Of a stretch of DNA of 36,908 nt, positions 21,307-34,153 are shown piece by piece. The stretch comes from Octopus bimaculoides. Taxonomy: Eukaryota. Below the pieces are notes generated by a model. It was given only the letters and a program-made list of their open reading frames with translations. It searched no databases and had not been told where the DNA came from. A program made the position numbers and the translations under genes. Within the stretch, counting starts at the first letter, position 1. The number at the start of each line of letters is the position of its first letter. Location of the stretch: assembly GCF_001194135.2 (NCBI RefSeq), contig NC_068990.1, positions 3,579,469-3,616,376 on the forward strand, read 5' to 3'.

Positions 21307-22019
21307 TAGCTGTTCACAATTTCTCTTGCAAGGTCGAACCTACGCAGCTAATATCGAAGAATTCTAATTTTGTTACCTTTGACCTGGTTTGTCTGCCATC
21401 ATTGTATCATATCTTGATAACTGTCATTACACATACCATCACTGAACAATGGATACCAAACGAACGCCATCCCTGCTGTTAATTTAGGAATCTTATTATT
21501 TCTTATATCATTAGAAAACAGTTGAAAATGAACTGTTTCAGTTCCGGTCGCAGCTGCGATCTTTTCTTTACTTCCCTGTCAGAACTGATTTAGTAGACCA
21601 ACATAAAAGGCACACCAGCTCTGACAGTATTGTCTTCATTCAGGTGTACGTTATCTATATAGTACGTGTAATAACAGGAATAGGTTGAACATATGATTGC
21701 AAGGTGTTGCTAAACGTATAATTTTCACGATCTTCGGATATATAATTCAAATACACAGTCTCTCACCCTTTCTCACTTTCTTTCTCTGTTTCTTCTTCGC
21801 CCTCTCTCTCTCTCACTGCATTTCGTTTCAGATAGATAGAAAGAGAAAGATAGAGACACAGACAGAGAGGTAGAGTTGCATGTACATATTTACGTATAGA
21901 TGGTTGGTACTAAGAATTACACACCAAATAATGTACTCAATACGACTTGTAGGATTTTATCGCATTTATTGGAAGCTGAAATGTTCACCAGCCATTAATG
22001 TCAGTTTGATACACACCTA

Positions 22020-22150
22020 TCTACATATTTGTGTATGTGTACGCGCATGTACATGTATGTATATAGATACAGATACACACACATGTGTATGTGTATATGT
22101 GCATGTGTGTGTGCGTGCGCGCGCGCGCGTGTGTGTGTGTGTGTGTGGTT
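22020..22150. repeat. Mixed (TA)/(CA)/(GC)/(GT) alternating purine-pyrimidine repeat
   Basis: Directly visible. Confidence 0.9.
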
Positions 22151-22173
22151 ACATATGTCTTCCATATATAAAT

Positions 22174-22470
22174 TGTAAAGGCCTCTTCAGTCATTAATGA
22201 CCATGACATTGCGCCTAGAAAGTTACTCTCCGAGGCACAAGGCCAGAACGATGTTTATGGAAGACCACTAGTCGCCCATGCATACCAACGTTTCTTCTAC
22301 ACACCACCGATGTTATCCAAAGGAAAGGCCGATACAACTTGGTGCCAGTGACGTCGTAACTCATTTCTACAGCTGAGTGAACTGGAGTAACGTGAAATAA
22401 AGTGTTTACTCAAGAATACATCACACACTCCGGGAATCGAACTCACTGAGCCCGACTCTCAAACCACAGA
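22174..22470 (-). mobile_element. SINE family D, second copy with internal deletions
   Basis: ccagtgacgtcgtaactcatttctacagctgagtgaactggagtaacgtgaaataaagtgt is near-identical to 16626-16686. Confidence 0.85.
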
Positions 22471-22844
22471 GAAAGACAAACAGACAGAGAGTGTGAGAGA
22501 AACTCAGGCAAGGAGATAAACATATTTGTAAATAAACATGTCATTATACATGTGAATATATAAAAATACAAATACACACATTAACCCAGGCGTATGTACG
22601 CATTTATGTCCGTAGGATGTGCATATCTATGTATCTCTATATGTATGTGTGAGTGTGCGCGCGCGTGTGCTTGTGTGTGTGTGCGTGCGTGCACGTGTGT
22701 GTCTGCAGGAACAAAAACTAAAACTTCGATAATCTACATTCAGCAATAACATTATTAACACAATGTGTTGAAATCATGTCTAATATATTTTTCACACACA
22801 CACGCACACACACATACATACATTCATACACATGTACACGCATT

Positions 22845-22877
<33 letters not shown>

Positions 22878-23444
22878 GTGTGTCTATGAGTGCGTGTGTG
22901 TACCTGTGTGTGTAAGGATGTATAAGCAAAGAAAAATAGCTCAATTATTTTCTTCAAACTTTTCTCTTTTCAATTTCAACCATAAATCACGATGAAAATG
23001 GTAAAAGAAATGAAAAAAAAAAAGTATTAACAGTTTTGGTACTAATTAATTACTATATACGACTACCATGTAATGCTACTAATATACAGGAATGTTATGT
23101 TTCTGACAAGGCAATCTCGATTCCCCGGGCAGACGTTTTCCGTACATTGTTCAGCGGACCTTTGGTTGCGAAACAATTAACTCTCATCTCACGAATTTTC
23201 TACTCGCAACTCCACTGCATAATTGTGGTAGGGAACAGGACTAAAATCCCGCTGCGAATCACAATAATGATAGTTCAGAAGTAATCATTTCTCAAAACTT
23301 ATATTGTTATAGTCGCTGTCAAGATAAGATTTTAATTTCGCATCTAAGTAGTTTCAGGTTCAGTTTCGAAATTTGGTCAAGTGTCTTCTGCATAAGTGCA
23401 AAGTCGACTATTAGCTTGTGAACGCAAATCTGTCGTACATGTCT

Positions 23445-23510
23445 GTATGTACATACATAGATACATACATACATACATACATACATACATACATACTTAC
23501 ATACATATGT
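23445..23510. repeat. (TACA)n microsatellite
   Basis: Directly visible. Confidence 0.95.
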
Positions 23511-23844
23511 AACACACTGCCTAAATACCAGTGTTGAGAAAGTAGGCTTCTGAAAAGCAGAAAGGAGAAAACTAATTCGAAGTCTGCAAAATAAAGCCAT
23601 CACTGGAAGTGTAAAGATCTGTAAAACTTTCCAGAAGTTTAGTATTTAAGTATATCTGAGCATGTCTAGATGTGAAAGTATATGCATGAGAAGACATACA
23701 TAAAACAAAACATATAAATCTGTACGTATACATACAAACAAAAATACTCTAGTGTTGATTTTGAAATTCTAATGAAGGATCTAGGTTAGAAATCGACTCT
23801 TTCTCTAATGGAAAGAAATATTGAGATAAAACATTACACACATA

Positions 23845-23990
23845 CAGTGTACCTTAGGTTTCTATGAACGTTCCGTCTACCAAATTTATTCACAAGGTGA
23901 TAGTCGAACTTGGACTTTTGCACAAGATATTTTACCAAATTTTGAGACTGAACCTAAAGCCACATAGATGCGAAATTAAATGTCAACCAT
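23845..23990 (-). mobile_element. SINE family B, decayed 5' half
   Basis: ttccgtctaccaaatttattcacaagg...gagactgaacctaaagccacat aligns with 34170-34280. Confidence 0.6.
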
Positions 23991-24079
23991 AATGTGAAAC
24001 AGAGATTCGTATATGCTGCTGCACTCTACTCTCTTTACCTCACAGCTGTGCTTGACATCATAAGGGTAAATCTGCACAA

Positions 24080-25085
24080 AGTGTTTTAATCCACACCAGG
24101 ACTGATAGGAAGCTTTTCAACTTGACCAGTCTTTGTACTTCCACCGAAATCAAGCAAATCTATTTCAGGAAGTTGCTCTCCGAAGATGACTCAACGCTCA
24201 TGGCCAGCCATATTGAGGACATGCAGCACATTATGGACCGGCTCTCTTGTGCAGCAGATATGTTTGATCTCGAAATCAACATTTCAAAGAGTTATCTGCT
24301 CTACCTACCCCACCAGGATACCCTAATAGATCGAGAGAGCACAAGCCAGTGACCAATACACCGAGACACTTAGTTAGCTATGTCGGCAGAACGGTGACAT
24401 ATACTAATATTTCTGATCTGTAAGTTGAGATAGCAATACAGTCTGCCACAAAAGATTTTGTCTCTCTGAAGAAGCCTCTATGGAACTACCGTGATATTGC
24501 CCATAATGCGAAGATAAAGGTGTACAGTAACACAGAATACATGGCCCTCTACTGCAAGCACAGCAAAGCTCTGACGAGAATCAAATTTCGTCATCTGCGC
24601 TCCATCTTATATATCAAATAGTAGGATCGTATTCCTGGTGTAGAGGTCCTGCTCTGTACTGCTGCAATTAATGTGGAGGCCCTCATTACCTTAAAGCAGT
24701 TGCGCTGGTCAGGGTATCTCTGTAAGATGCAAGGCGAAAGGTTCTCAAAGCCCTTTCTGTCCTGAACTGCGTCAGGGTAGGCGGAACCATGGTGGCCAGA
24801 AGTTGTGATACAGGAGTGTACTGAAGAGATATATGAAGTACACTGGCATCTCCACAGACACCCGGTAGGTGAAGACACCGCGGCGCGTTGAATGACATCA
24901 ATCGCTGAAGCTCGTAATTCCAGCCATTGTAATTCCAATAGAAAGAATACGAAGGAGTACACAAGAGATGTCACTTCTTTGTTGCATCAGGTAGCTTTAC
25001 CTACAGCTGATGGCACTGCGGCTGTTGATCAAGAGCAGACCTTGTAGCACATATGCGATCCTGCTAGAGATGATTAGTGAGCAAG
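24080..25085 (+). mobile_element. Decayed RTE-clade LINE fragment (RT C-terminal half to C-terminus)
   Basis: RTDRKLFNL...RKLLSEDDSTLMASHIEDMQHIMDRLSCAADMFDLEINISKS matches the RTE pattern RTDG.LFNL.RL...ELLFADD.AL.AH...DMQ...F...GL.IN..KT. Later KQLRWSGYLCKM corresponds to QLRW.GHV.RM. There are multiple stops and frameshifts. Confidence 0.85.
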
Positions 25086-26707
25086 AACAGTCAACGTCGA
25101 CCTACGACAGTTAGTCGAAGAAGAATACACATCCACATACAACACACATACATATTATACATACATACCCGCCCCACATATATATATATAATTGCAGTTC
25201 TTAACATTACCTTACAGTTACTCACACTTATATTATTACGCAGCATTTGAAGCATGACTTCGGAAGCCATAAACCTGTAAGCGATAATATCTATCGTATA
25301 TATTTCCTGATTCTGCAAATTCACGAGTTACTCAATGTCTAAATATGGTTTTTGCTGCCTAGTTGATTTAATTTCAATAAATTTACTTTCTTTTTACATT
25401 ATGGGGAATTATCTAGTTATATAATTAAGCAACAGCAACTGTTCTTCTCAGCACCCATACAGTGCATGAGCAATATAGAAACTTTTATTTAATTATTACT
25501 ATGTTTAATATATTTATCATACTTTATCTAATTCATTTCATTGCGAAAGATTATATAATATAATTTTTGGCATTTATTTTACTTTTTTACTGATTTCTTC
25601 GTTCTCTACAATCATCTCTTCAAGTCCTTTTATGAAATTTTCTCCTCACATTACTTTTAAAACTTTACTACATGTTGGATTTAGCACTCACACTAAAATA
25701 TGTCTACTAAAATAACTATTGTAGGTGTTGAACATGTTTAAAATCACCCACTGTTCTTCGTTTAGTACTCCACAATTTATTTTTTACAGAAGCGCCAATT
25801 ATTAGATACTTTATAAATATTTCAATATTATTAACACTTAGTAATCACATATTGAATACATAAACAATATAGGATCCTCAATTATAACTTATCTTATTTA
25901 CTATCATGCGTATACCATATAGATGTATATATCATTTGTATATATTAATCAATTATGTAATATCCTACGTATATATTTTTTAGTTTCATCTCTATTTCTA
26001 TTTCTTTCATTATCACCATCTATATATGCTACTAGACTTATATTTTCAATAACCACATCGTTCTTCTAACAAGATTAATATTGTCCACGTAAAGAATGTA
26101 TGACAGATTCACAGATAAGGCAAAATACACAAAATTCACCTGTAAAACTATAAAGTAGAAACCCTAGTTTTTACGTACACGGACACAGAAATGATTGCAT
26201 ACAGCTATTGTTCATCAAAGTTAGTAAACTTTAGTAAATTTATATCACTTGCAGCCAAACAATTTATTGAAACTATATTACTTCACACTCAAATTATGAC
26301 TCCATGTACACATATAATTATTCGACGCATTAAACTCATCATTTATCATTACTTGCGTGTGTTGTAATTATAGTTACAATTTATTTCCTCTACTCCATTC
26401 TACTAATAAGCCATAATTTACTTACATGCTCTCAACATTCTTCTATCTGCAATAATTCTTCATAAGAAATTTTGTTTTTATTCTATTCTGAGCCAACACA
26501 AGCGTACCATTAGATTGTCATTAACTTTGTTTCCTATCCCATCCAGCCAGGATGAAATTAGTATTAGTTTAAAACTGACGCCAATTTAATCAACTTTGCA
26601 CGTCTTGCAAAATAACCTGTGGTTGCGTAATAGTAATAATCATCGCCATTGTAACAGATATCGCCACCACCATAATAATAATGATAATAATAACAACAAT
26701 AGCAACA

Positions 26708-27165
26708 TGGCTTTACTTACCTAGGAAGAGAGGTGGAAGAGGACTACTTACAATAGAGGATAGCGTTGTGAAGGAGATCAGGTCCTTGCATGTCTATCTT
26801 AGGAATAGTAATGAAAGAATGTTGCAGGCTGCCTTCACTGAGAATGTGAACTGTGTCAATAGTGAGACCCTATAGGATTACAATATGAGGACTAAGAGAG
26901 AAAAGATCACCGACCGGAAACAGAAAGTCCTACACGGAGAGTTTTTCCAACAAACATCAGATGGAGCGGATGAAAAATCTGGGAAATGGTTAAGACATGG
27001 GTCTTTAATGAAAGAAACAGAAAGACTGATTCTTACTGCTCAAGAACAAGTTTTACGAACTAAATTAAGTGTATCATTGATAAGATAACACTATCACCTT
27101 TATGTAGATTATGTGAAAAATCATCTGAGACATTTACACATATAAGAATGGATGCCTAAAACATA
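26708..27165 (+). mobile_element. R4/Dong-like non-LTR retrotransposon internal fragment with a CCHC knuckle
   Basis: WLYLPRKRGGRGLL...KVLHGEF...KWLRHGSLMKETERLILTAQEQVLRT...PLCRLCEKSSETFTHI..GC. It starts directly after an aat-rich tract at 26670-26705. Confidence 0.85.
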
Positions 27166-27195
27166 TAATAGTGGATGTCCAACTGAAGAGTTATA

Positions 27196-27368
27196 TTTGT
27201 TTCAAATTTTGGCTCAAGAGTCATTACTGGTACTTTATTTCCTCGATCTCCAGCGTAAACAAGCATAGTTGACCACGTCTGAATTTGCATTCAGAAAGTA
27301 AAGAGCTGGAAGGAATGCTACAAATCATTCTTGTCAACCCTGGAACTATTCTGCCAAGTCGCTACCCA
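27196..27368 (-). mobile_element. SINE family A, heavily decayed
   Basis: tttgtttcaaattttggc...ctggtactttattt...gttgaccacgtctgaatttgcattcagaaagtaaag...attctgccaagtcgc. Confidence 0.6.
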
Positions 27369-27639
27369 GGTTCTTGATTTCGGAACGATCAAAATATTAC
27401 GGACGCAGATCATATACTAAACCACATATTAAAAACGATAAATGTTACCCTGTATTTAACGGATATAGATACATTAATTATTAAACACCACTTCCAGCTA
27501 ACGAGTATAATAATCTTTAGTAAATATATATCTGATAAAGTTATCTAAATTATTGGAATTACATATTGTTACGCCAAGAATTATAACTTGGTTTTATGCA
27601 CACCTATAATACCTGATATAATTATCATCAACATAATTA

Positions 27640-28090
27640 TTTCGACGATTAACTATGGTGACTATTATTGACAATATCGTCAGCAGCATTATCATCAACA
27701 TCAGAATTGCCATTATGTTAATAGCAATTATCATTATCATGGTTGTCATCCATCACCTTAATTCCCAGCAATATCGAACTCATTAATATCATCGCCATCA
27801 TAGCGATCATCATCATCATCAGCAGCAGCAGCAGCAGTAATAGCAAGTTCACCAATATCATGAACATCTTGATCACTGTTGTATTGTCTGTATAATCATT
27901 AATATCGCCATATTTGTGCTGTTAATGCCGTTCTAAAATTCACCATCGCTGATGATGATAAGGGCAATTGATGATGATGATGATGATGATGATGACGATG
28001 ATGATGATGATGATGATGATGGTGATGNNNNNNNNNNGGCGGCCGAGGTGGTGGTGGTGGTGGTGGTGGTGATGATGATGATGATGATGA
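27640..28090. repeat. Degenerate (CAT)/(CAG) tract followed by (GAT)n and (GGT)n arrays around a gap
   Basis: Directly visible; N run at 28028-28037. Confidence 0.9.
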
Positions 28091-28490
28091 CAATGCTGCT
28101 AAGGCTATTAACAAACGTTGTTACTACATGTTTGTATGTAATTAGGTGCGCCACTGTTTTCGTGCAACTTTTTCTAATGTTTTCTCTGCTGTCATCTCTT
28201 TTAAAAAAAGGTTAGGTATGCAATCTACAGCTAACAGTAAATGTCCTTAATTAACATAAGCATTAATTATTGATTATCACAACGGAATTCTGACTCCTTC
28301 ATTTTGTTAATTAATTAATATTAACCTTCGCTTTATCTTTTATGAACATTGTAATGTAATATTAGCAACCAAAGAAACCGCGACGCTTACCAATCTGACT
28401 CATTTCACTTAGTTTATTTATCTTTTCAAGCCATAACTGCCTCGTAGTTTTATGTGTTTCTTATACATTCTTTGGTTTTTAATGTACAAG

Positions 28491-28718
28491 TGAAGGCGTT
28501 GAGTTGGAAGAATCGTTAGCGCGTCGGGTAAAACGCTTTACCACAGCTCTTTCTTGCGGCTTTATGTTCTGAGTACAAGCCATGGTCGACTTTAGCTTTC
28601 CTCTTTTCAGGTTCGATTACATAAGTATCCTGCTAGCTTGTGAGCGCTAAGGTAATGTAACCAACATAGTTTCATCCTTGAAATTGCCGGCCTTGTGCCA
28701 AAATTTGAAACCGTTATT
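28491..28718 (+). mobile_element. SINE family A
   Basis: Head gaaggcgttgagttggaagaatcgttagcgcgtcggg; tail gaaattgccggccttgtgccaaaatttgaaacc. Confidence 0.8.
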
Positions 28719-28955
28719 TATGTTGTGTAGGGGAGGTTTAGCTGCTATTTCTAATAGTCTGAGAGTCTATGTTCACATTTACATTATGGCTTTTATATCA
28801 ATTTACTGCTGATGTCGTTACTGTCTATTCCTTGGCCAACCTTGATATACTAAAAACTTTGACCAAAACTATTTCAGATGTTGACATCATTATTTTGCTA
28901 TTTATAAGGCAACAAACGGCCAGAAAACCTAGCGTGTTATTATATTCAAGCATAC

Positions 28956-29057
28956 ATCATAATTTGATGGAACTGTTGTTGATTCTTCTTGCTGACCCAG
29001 TGAACACATGGATAAATCCTCGGTGCTATGTACGCTGTTGGCTTCTATATATTTGTG
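28956..29057 (-). CDS. Candidate 102-nt phase 0-0 exon (HKYIEANSVHSTEDLSMCSLGQQEESTTVPSNYD); an in-frame ATG at 29069 is an alternative start
   Basis: Acceptor tttacttcttgatttttacctc...gccgcaacAG and donor gat|GTATGC. The frame is open with a protein-like polar composition. No homology recognised. Confidence 0.25.
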
Positions 29058-29439
29058 CTGTTGCGGCATAATAGGTTTGAGGTAAAAATCAAGAAGTAAA
29101 TCTTACACATACACACACTCGTAATCATCTAAATATAAATACTTTTTTTATGTATATGAGTGTGAGAGAGAGGCTGGCGTGTGCGTGGAAGGAGAGAGAG
29201 GGGGGAAACAGACCGAGACAGACAGGATGAGAGACAAAGAGAATATGGTGGACTTGCTGTGGGGAGCGGAAAATGCGACGTTTTGGACAAAGCCCTGCAT
29301 GAAAAAAAATTTGACAGGAGAACAATGCATGCAAGGCAGCACTGCATTACATCCTCTAACTTAAAAATACTGAGTGCAACTCAATCTCTCTGGTGTCTGG
29401 TTGATCATATATGCAGACAGAGAAGCAGACAGAGAGGCA

Positions 29440-29446
29440 AACAGAC

Positions 29447-29477
<31 letters not shown>

Positions 29478-29745
29478 GATAGAGAGATAGAGAGATAGAT
29501 AGATGGAGAGAGAGCTAGGGAGATAGAGAGATAGATAGATGCATATATATATATATATGTACTCTCACACACATATATACATAAATATACATATATGTGT
29601 GTGTTTATGCATACATAGACACATATGTTCATATATATGTGTGTGTGCGTGCGTGTGAATGTATTTATATATATACGTGCGCGCGCGTATGTGTGCGTGC
29701 GCACGTGTATGTATGTGTATGTGTATGTATGTATTTGCGTGTGTG
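29440..29745. repeat. (GATA)/(GA)/(TA)/(GT) compound microsatellite
   Basis: Directly visible. Confidence 0.9.
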
Positions 29746-29969
29746 AACATAAATTAGGGATCAAAAATATTGACGGACAAAAATACTGTAATCACATTCT
29801 TTACCGAGAAAGCGTATATCAATTTCCCTTCTGTCTGATTTTATCCCTTTGATGTCGGCACTGAACAAAGAACGCGATAGAGTATTCATTGATCTTTTTT
29901 ATCTTTTTTTTCCTATCCGAAATTTTCGTTTATATATTTGTAACATTTAACTAAACTATATCAATATTT

Positions 29970-30100
29970 TGCCCAGAAATAGCAATCAAATCTCACTTAA
30001 ATCACACCCTACCGTACTGATTCTAAAGAAATGAAATATTTGATAAAGTAATCTTTGATAAATGGAATGGCCACGGCTGGAAACATTAATTATAGTTGTA
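29970..30100 (+). mobile_element. Dispersed repeat family F (unclassified; related pieces at about 32470-32520 and 35480-35550)
   Basis: aatctcacttaaatcacaccctaccgt (29989-30015), tctctcaaatcacaccct (32482-32499) and aatcttcttcaaaacatacactaccgt (35493-35519) are mutually similar. Confidence 0.5.
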
Positions 30101-30116
30101 CTGGATAAAGGCTAAA

Positions 30117-30156
<40 letters not shown>

Positions 30157-30287
30157 TGCCAGTGATCAGAGACAAAAAATGTAGAAGAAGAAGAAGAAGA
30201 AGAAGAAGAAGAAGAAGAAGAAGAAGAAGAAGAAGAAGAAGAAGAAGAAGAAGAAGAAGAAGAAGAAGAAGAAGAAGAAGAAGAAGA
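30117..30287. repeat. (GT)n followed by a pure (GAA)n tract of about 34-35 units
   Basis: (GT)n at 30117-30155; uninterrupted GAA at 30183-30287. Confidence 0.95.
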
Positions 30288-31539
30288 TTCATGAACCTTC
30301 GGCATATTATATCACTTTGAAGATATTTTCGTCGCTGTAGTAAAACGTGCTTGATAATAAATTACCTGCTGCTGTCTTTTCATTCACAAATCTTATTTAG
30401 GTTCACAAAGGGAATTGCCTTTAGAATTGCCTTTTTCTTCTCTAGAGCACATTGAAGTTGCAAGAAAACACTTTAAGTGCATAAGTTTGTTAGATATCTT
30501 CGTAGTAGTAATATTACTAGTTGATGTGAAACTGATACGAGGATAATCATATTGATTACTGTTAGCACACCACCACAACACAACCAATGTACTACCAAAA
30601 CAACACAACTTTACAACTCAAAAAAAAAAAGAGAGAATAGAAAAAGAAAGTAAGCGGTAACTATACTAAAATAATACATCAGCATATTGTGCAACTAATA
30701 AAATGAACACTTATGGGGTCGTTTCAAATGCTAGAAATAACAAACAAATATTCTGGTAATCATTCACCATACATCCTTTAAAGTACACGTAGACGTTTGC
30801 ATTCTGGAATAATGAACTATATCTAAAAGATAAATTTTGTACGTCTCAAAAGTCATTGATCATGGGTGCGATCGTCCGACCTGGACAATAAACGAAAGCA
30901 AAGAAGTTGAAAAAAATTTGTTTGTTTCAAATCTTTCTGAATATTTCATCTCGCTGAAGAGAAGAAATAAAAGCCTGCATAGGCTTTCGTGGTTCCTGAA
31001 CTGTTTGTTACTTGTTTGCTAAACGTGAATAAATTTATGAAACACATTTGTAAATGCACATGACCAACTTTTGCAAGGACAACGAGATTTTAATATTATG
31101 AGTTATTTTTACTGTGCTTAACAACCATTGAACTGTGAATCAAAATAAAAACATTAGCAACATTCGAAACTAGAATCCTACTGCAAAAAAAAACACGGAG
31201 GAAAGTTGGATAGGGAAGCGAATAATACGGGATTTGAAAACTGATCTAAATTAGAATTAGCGAGGGAAAGAAATATAAGTTGTGTAAAGTTGCAGACAGT
31301 GTCGTATTTATGCATAACCTTTGGCAGCTACTCCTTAGAGTTTCGCAATTCTCAAGAGTCACACAATGATAAAAGACATGTAGATTTCCAACCATTGAGA
31401 TCCCAATTTAGCAAGAGTCTCCAAGCATTAAAGACCCTCACCAAGTCTTTGTCTACCACTGGTTGCACGACAGTCATTTCGCTGGTGTGGAGCAGGCACG
31501 TATGCTAACTCGCTGCCACGTAATTTACCAAGACTATTG

Positions 31540-31749
31540 TTTTCTACTCTATGCACAAGGCCCGAATTTGAGGAAGAGGGGGCAGTCGATTAGATCGACC
31601 CCACTACGCAAATGGTACTCAATTTATCGACTCCGAGAGGATGAAAGGCAAAGTCGACCCCGTCGGAATTTGAACTCGGAACATAGACAGACGAAATACC
31701 GCTAAGCATTTCGCCCGGCGTGCTAACGTTTCTGCCAGCTCGCCGCCTC
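31540..31749 (-). mobile_element. SINE family A, low-divergence copy
   Basis: ggatgaaaggcaaagtcgaccccgtcggaatttgaactcggaac...ccgctaagcatttcgcccggcgtgctaacgtttctgccagctcgccgcc. Confidence 0.92.
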
Positions 31750-32084
31750 ATTTAGCCAGACTATTAAGTATAGATTAGTTGATTTAAGCTTTGATTTTAT
31801 TATAAATTTCTAAATATTTACCACATCTTTGTCTCTGAACATATGTTCACCTATATCATCAGTTTAAATTTCCATTTCTCTTTTTTTTTTATTCTACGAG
31901 AGTTAATTTCATTTTTATTAGGTTAAACGAAAGCTCTGAATAACTGTCCAATATAATTTGAAAAATAAATATAAAAAACAAAAACAGGTTTAACGAATTT
32001 CAATAAAATCTTGTAAAAGACAAGTGTAATTTTTACTAATTAGGGTGATGTAATCAATGTAGTTAATAAAGTGTTAAATTCTCG

Positions 32085-32360
32085 CGAAGATAATCACCAA
32101 CATCATTATCTCTGCCACTACATTCATCATGAACATTATTGTCCTCCTTCATCATATAGAAACGCTGTCGTTGTCGCCGTCATCCTCTTTAGTACCGGCG
32201 GCAGCGGCACTGATGATGGTAGCATCATCATCATTAACATCATCACCATCGTAATCATATCTCCGTCATCGTCATCGTTATCAAGACGGCCATTACCAAC
32301 CTTCACTACCTCAACCACGTCCATCATCAACGTCATTGCCATCAGCATTACTCATATCTA
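32085..32360. repeat. Degenerate (CAT)n-derived low-complexity tract
   Basis: catcat/atcatc/gtcatc variants throughout. Confidence 0.8.
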
Positions 32361-32599
32361 ATTAATTTTGATTTCATTATCTTAATTAGATTTGAGAAAT
32401 AAAACATAACAGTCCTACCTCCTTCTCTTACTCCATATCTACCACGTCGATTGGTAAAAATATCAAAACTTCATTAGTTTTTCTCTCAAATCACACCCTT
32501 CGCCCCGCTTTAAAATAAGGTCAACGGTGATTTTTGTTGAAGTTCACAAAGACACAACTGATAAATGCGTCCACCTATAAAAAGAAAACGGTTAAAACA

Positions 32600-32637
32600 C
32601 AAACACACATGCATACATACATACATACATACATACA

Positions 32638-32670
<33 letters not shown>

Positions 32671-32741
32671 GCATAAATACATACATACATACATACACAA
32701 CACAAGCACAAACTCACACGCAGATAGATAGATAGATAGAC

Positions 32742-32773
<32 letters not shown>

Positions 32774-32775
32774 TG
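32600..32775. repeat. (ATAC)n and (GATA)n microsatellites
   Basis: Directly visible. Confidence 0.95.
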
Positions 32776-33139
32776 TGTGAGCGAGTGAGTGTATGTTAAT
32801 TTGTTATAAGTCGATAAATGCTCTGTTTCAATTGGTATTGGGTGCTTTATGTAAGATATTTGCAAGAAATAAAACTTACAAACACACACACACACGCACA
32901 CACACTCGCGCGCGTGCACATGTTTATGTGCTTCAGTATACATATATAATTTACAATAAATATATACTTATATATGTAATATATATATATTATGAAATCT
33001 TTGTTTGCACCATGTAGAGCTAGATCTGGAACAAATATTTCCTTTTTCTTAATACCACGAGGCACAATACACTAATCGCTGAAAAGAACGTCAAAGGAGA
33101 AAGACTGCTCTTTCTTATGACTATAATGTATTCGACAAG

Positions 33140-33232
33140 TAAGCCGGCGAGCTGGCAGAAGCGTTAGCACGCCGGGCGAAAAGCTTAGCGGTGTTTCTTC
33201 TGTCTTTACGTTCTGAGTTCAAATTCCGCTGA
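33140..33232 (+). mobile_element. SINE family A, head only (3'-truncated just after the B-box)
   Basis: ccggcgagctggcagaagcgttagcacgccgggcgaaaagcttagcgg...ttctgagttcaaattccgc, then unrelated sequence. Confidence 0.88.
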
Positions 33233-33323
33233 ATGTGGAGAAGAATACACGAGACATGGCAATTTCCGGAGCAGAGGACCGACGCCTGTATATGCAAATA
33301 CACGTGTATGATCTATGTATATA

Positions 33324-33360
<37 letters not shown>

Positions 33361-33585
33361 GCATATCCATATATGATCTGTGTGTCTGTGTGTGAGTGTA
33401 TCATTCTGTGACAGTGAATTCGAAGTGCCATTCTGTACATGTGAACAATCCTTTCGCAGATTGGAATTACAAGATAGGATCACTTTCATATACGATGTCA
33501 TTTGTGGTTTTATGGCCTTTTTTATAAGCAAATATGCAGACAATACTTTTTTTATGGCATGTTACATGTTATAACAAATATTGTA

Positions 33586-33805
33586 CTTTTACTTTCTTAC
33601 TCTTCTACACGTTTCAGACATTTGACTGCAGCCATGCTCGAGCACCGACTTTAGTTGAAGTAATCGATTCCAGGACTTATTCCTTGTAAGCCTAGTCCTT
33701 ATACTATCGGTTGACTTTTGCCGAAGCACTAAGTTTTGGAACATACACACACTAACATCGGTTGTCAAGCGATGTTGGGGGGCACAAACACGGACACACA
33801 GGCAC

Positions 33806-33842
<37 letters not shown>

Positions 33843-34116
33843 NNNNNNNNNNNNNNNNNNNNNNNNNNNNNNNNNNNNNNNNNNNNNNNNNNNNNNNNNN
33901 NNNNNNNNNNNNNNNNNNNNNNNNNNNNNNNNNNNNNNNNNNNNNNNNNNNNNNNNNNNNNNNNNNNNNNNNNNNNNNNNNNNNNNNNNNNNNNNNNNNN
34001 NNNNNNNNNNNNNNNNNNNNNNNNNNNNNNNNNNNNNNNNNNNNNNNNNNNNNNNNNNNNNNNNNNNNNNNNNNNNNNNNNNNNNNNNNNNNNNNNNNNN
34101 NNNNNNNNNNNNNNNT

Positions 34117-34153
<37 letters not shown>

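Noticed and set aside
25600-26200. Mitochondrial insertion (NUMT)
   Set aside because: It is AT-rich, but I could not recognise any mitochondrial rRNA, tRNA or protein motif.
28769-29071. 100-aa plus-strand hydrophobic ORF
   Set aside because: No recognisable domain or splice support; the opposite strand has the better exon signals.
30367-30442. Minus-strand 76-nt exon-like segment ending CAG|GTAATT
   Set aside because: There are stop codons in all three frames; at best a non-coding exon, with no evidence.
33140-33232. tRNA gene
   Set aside because: It has A/B-box-like motifs, but the spacing is too long for a cloverleaf and it matches the SINE A head. The same applies to the heads at 16785, 20800 and 34310.
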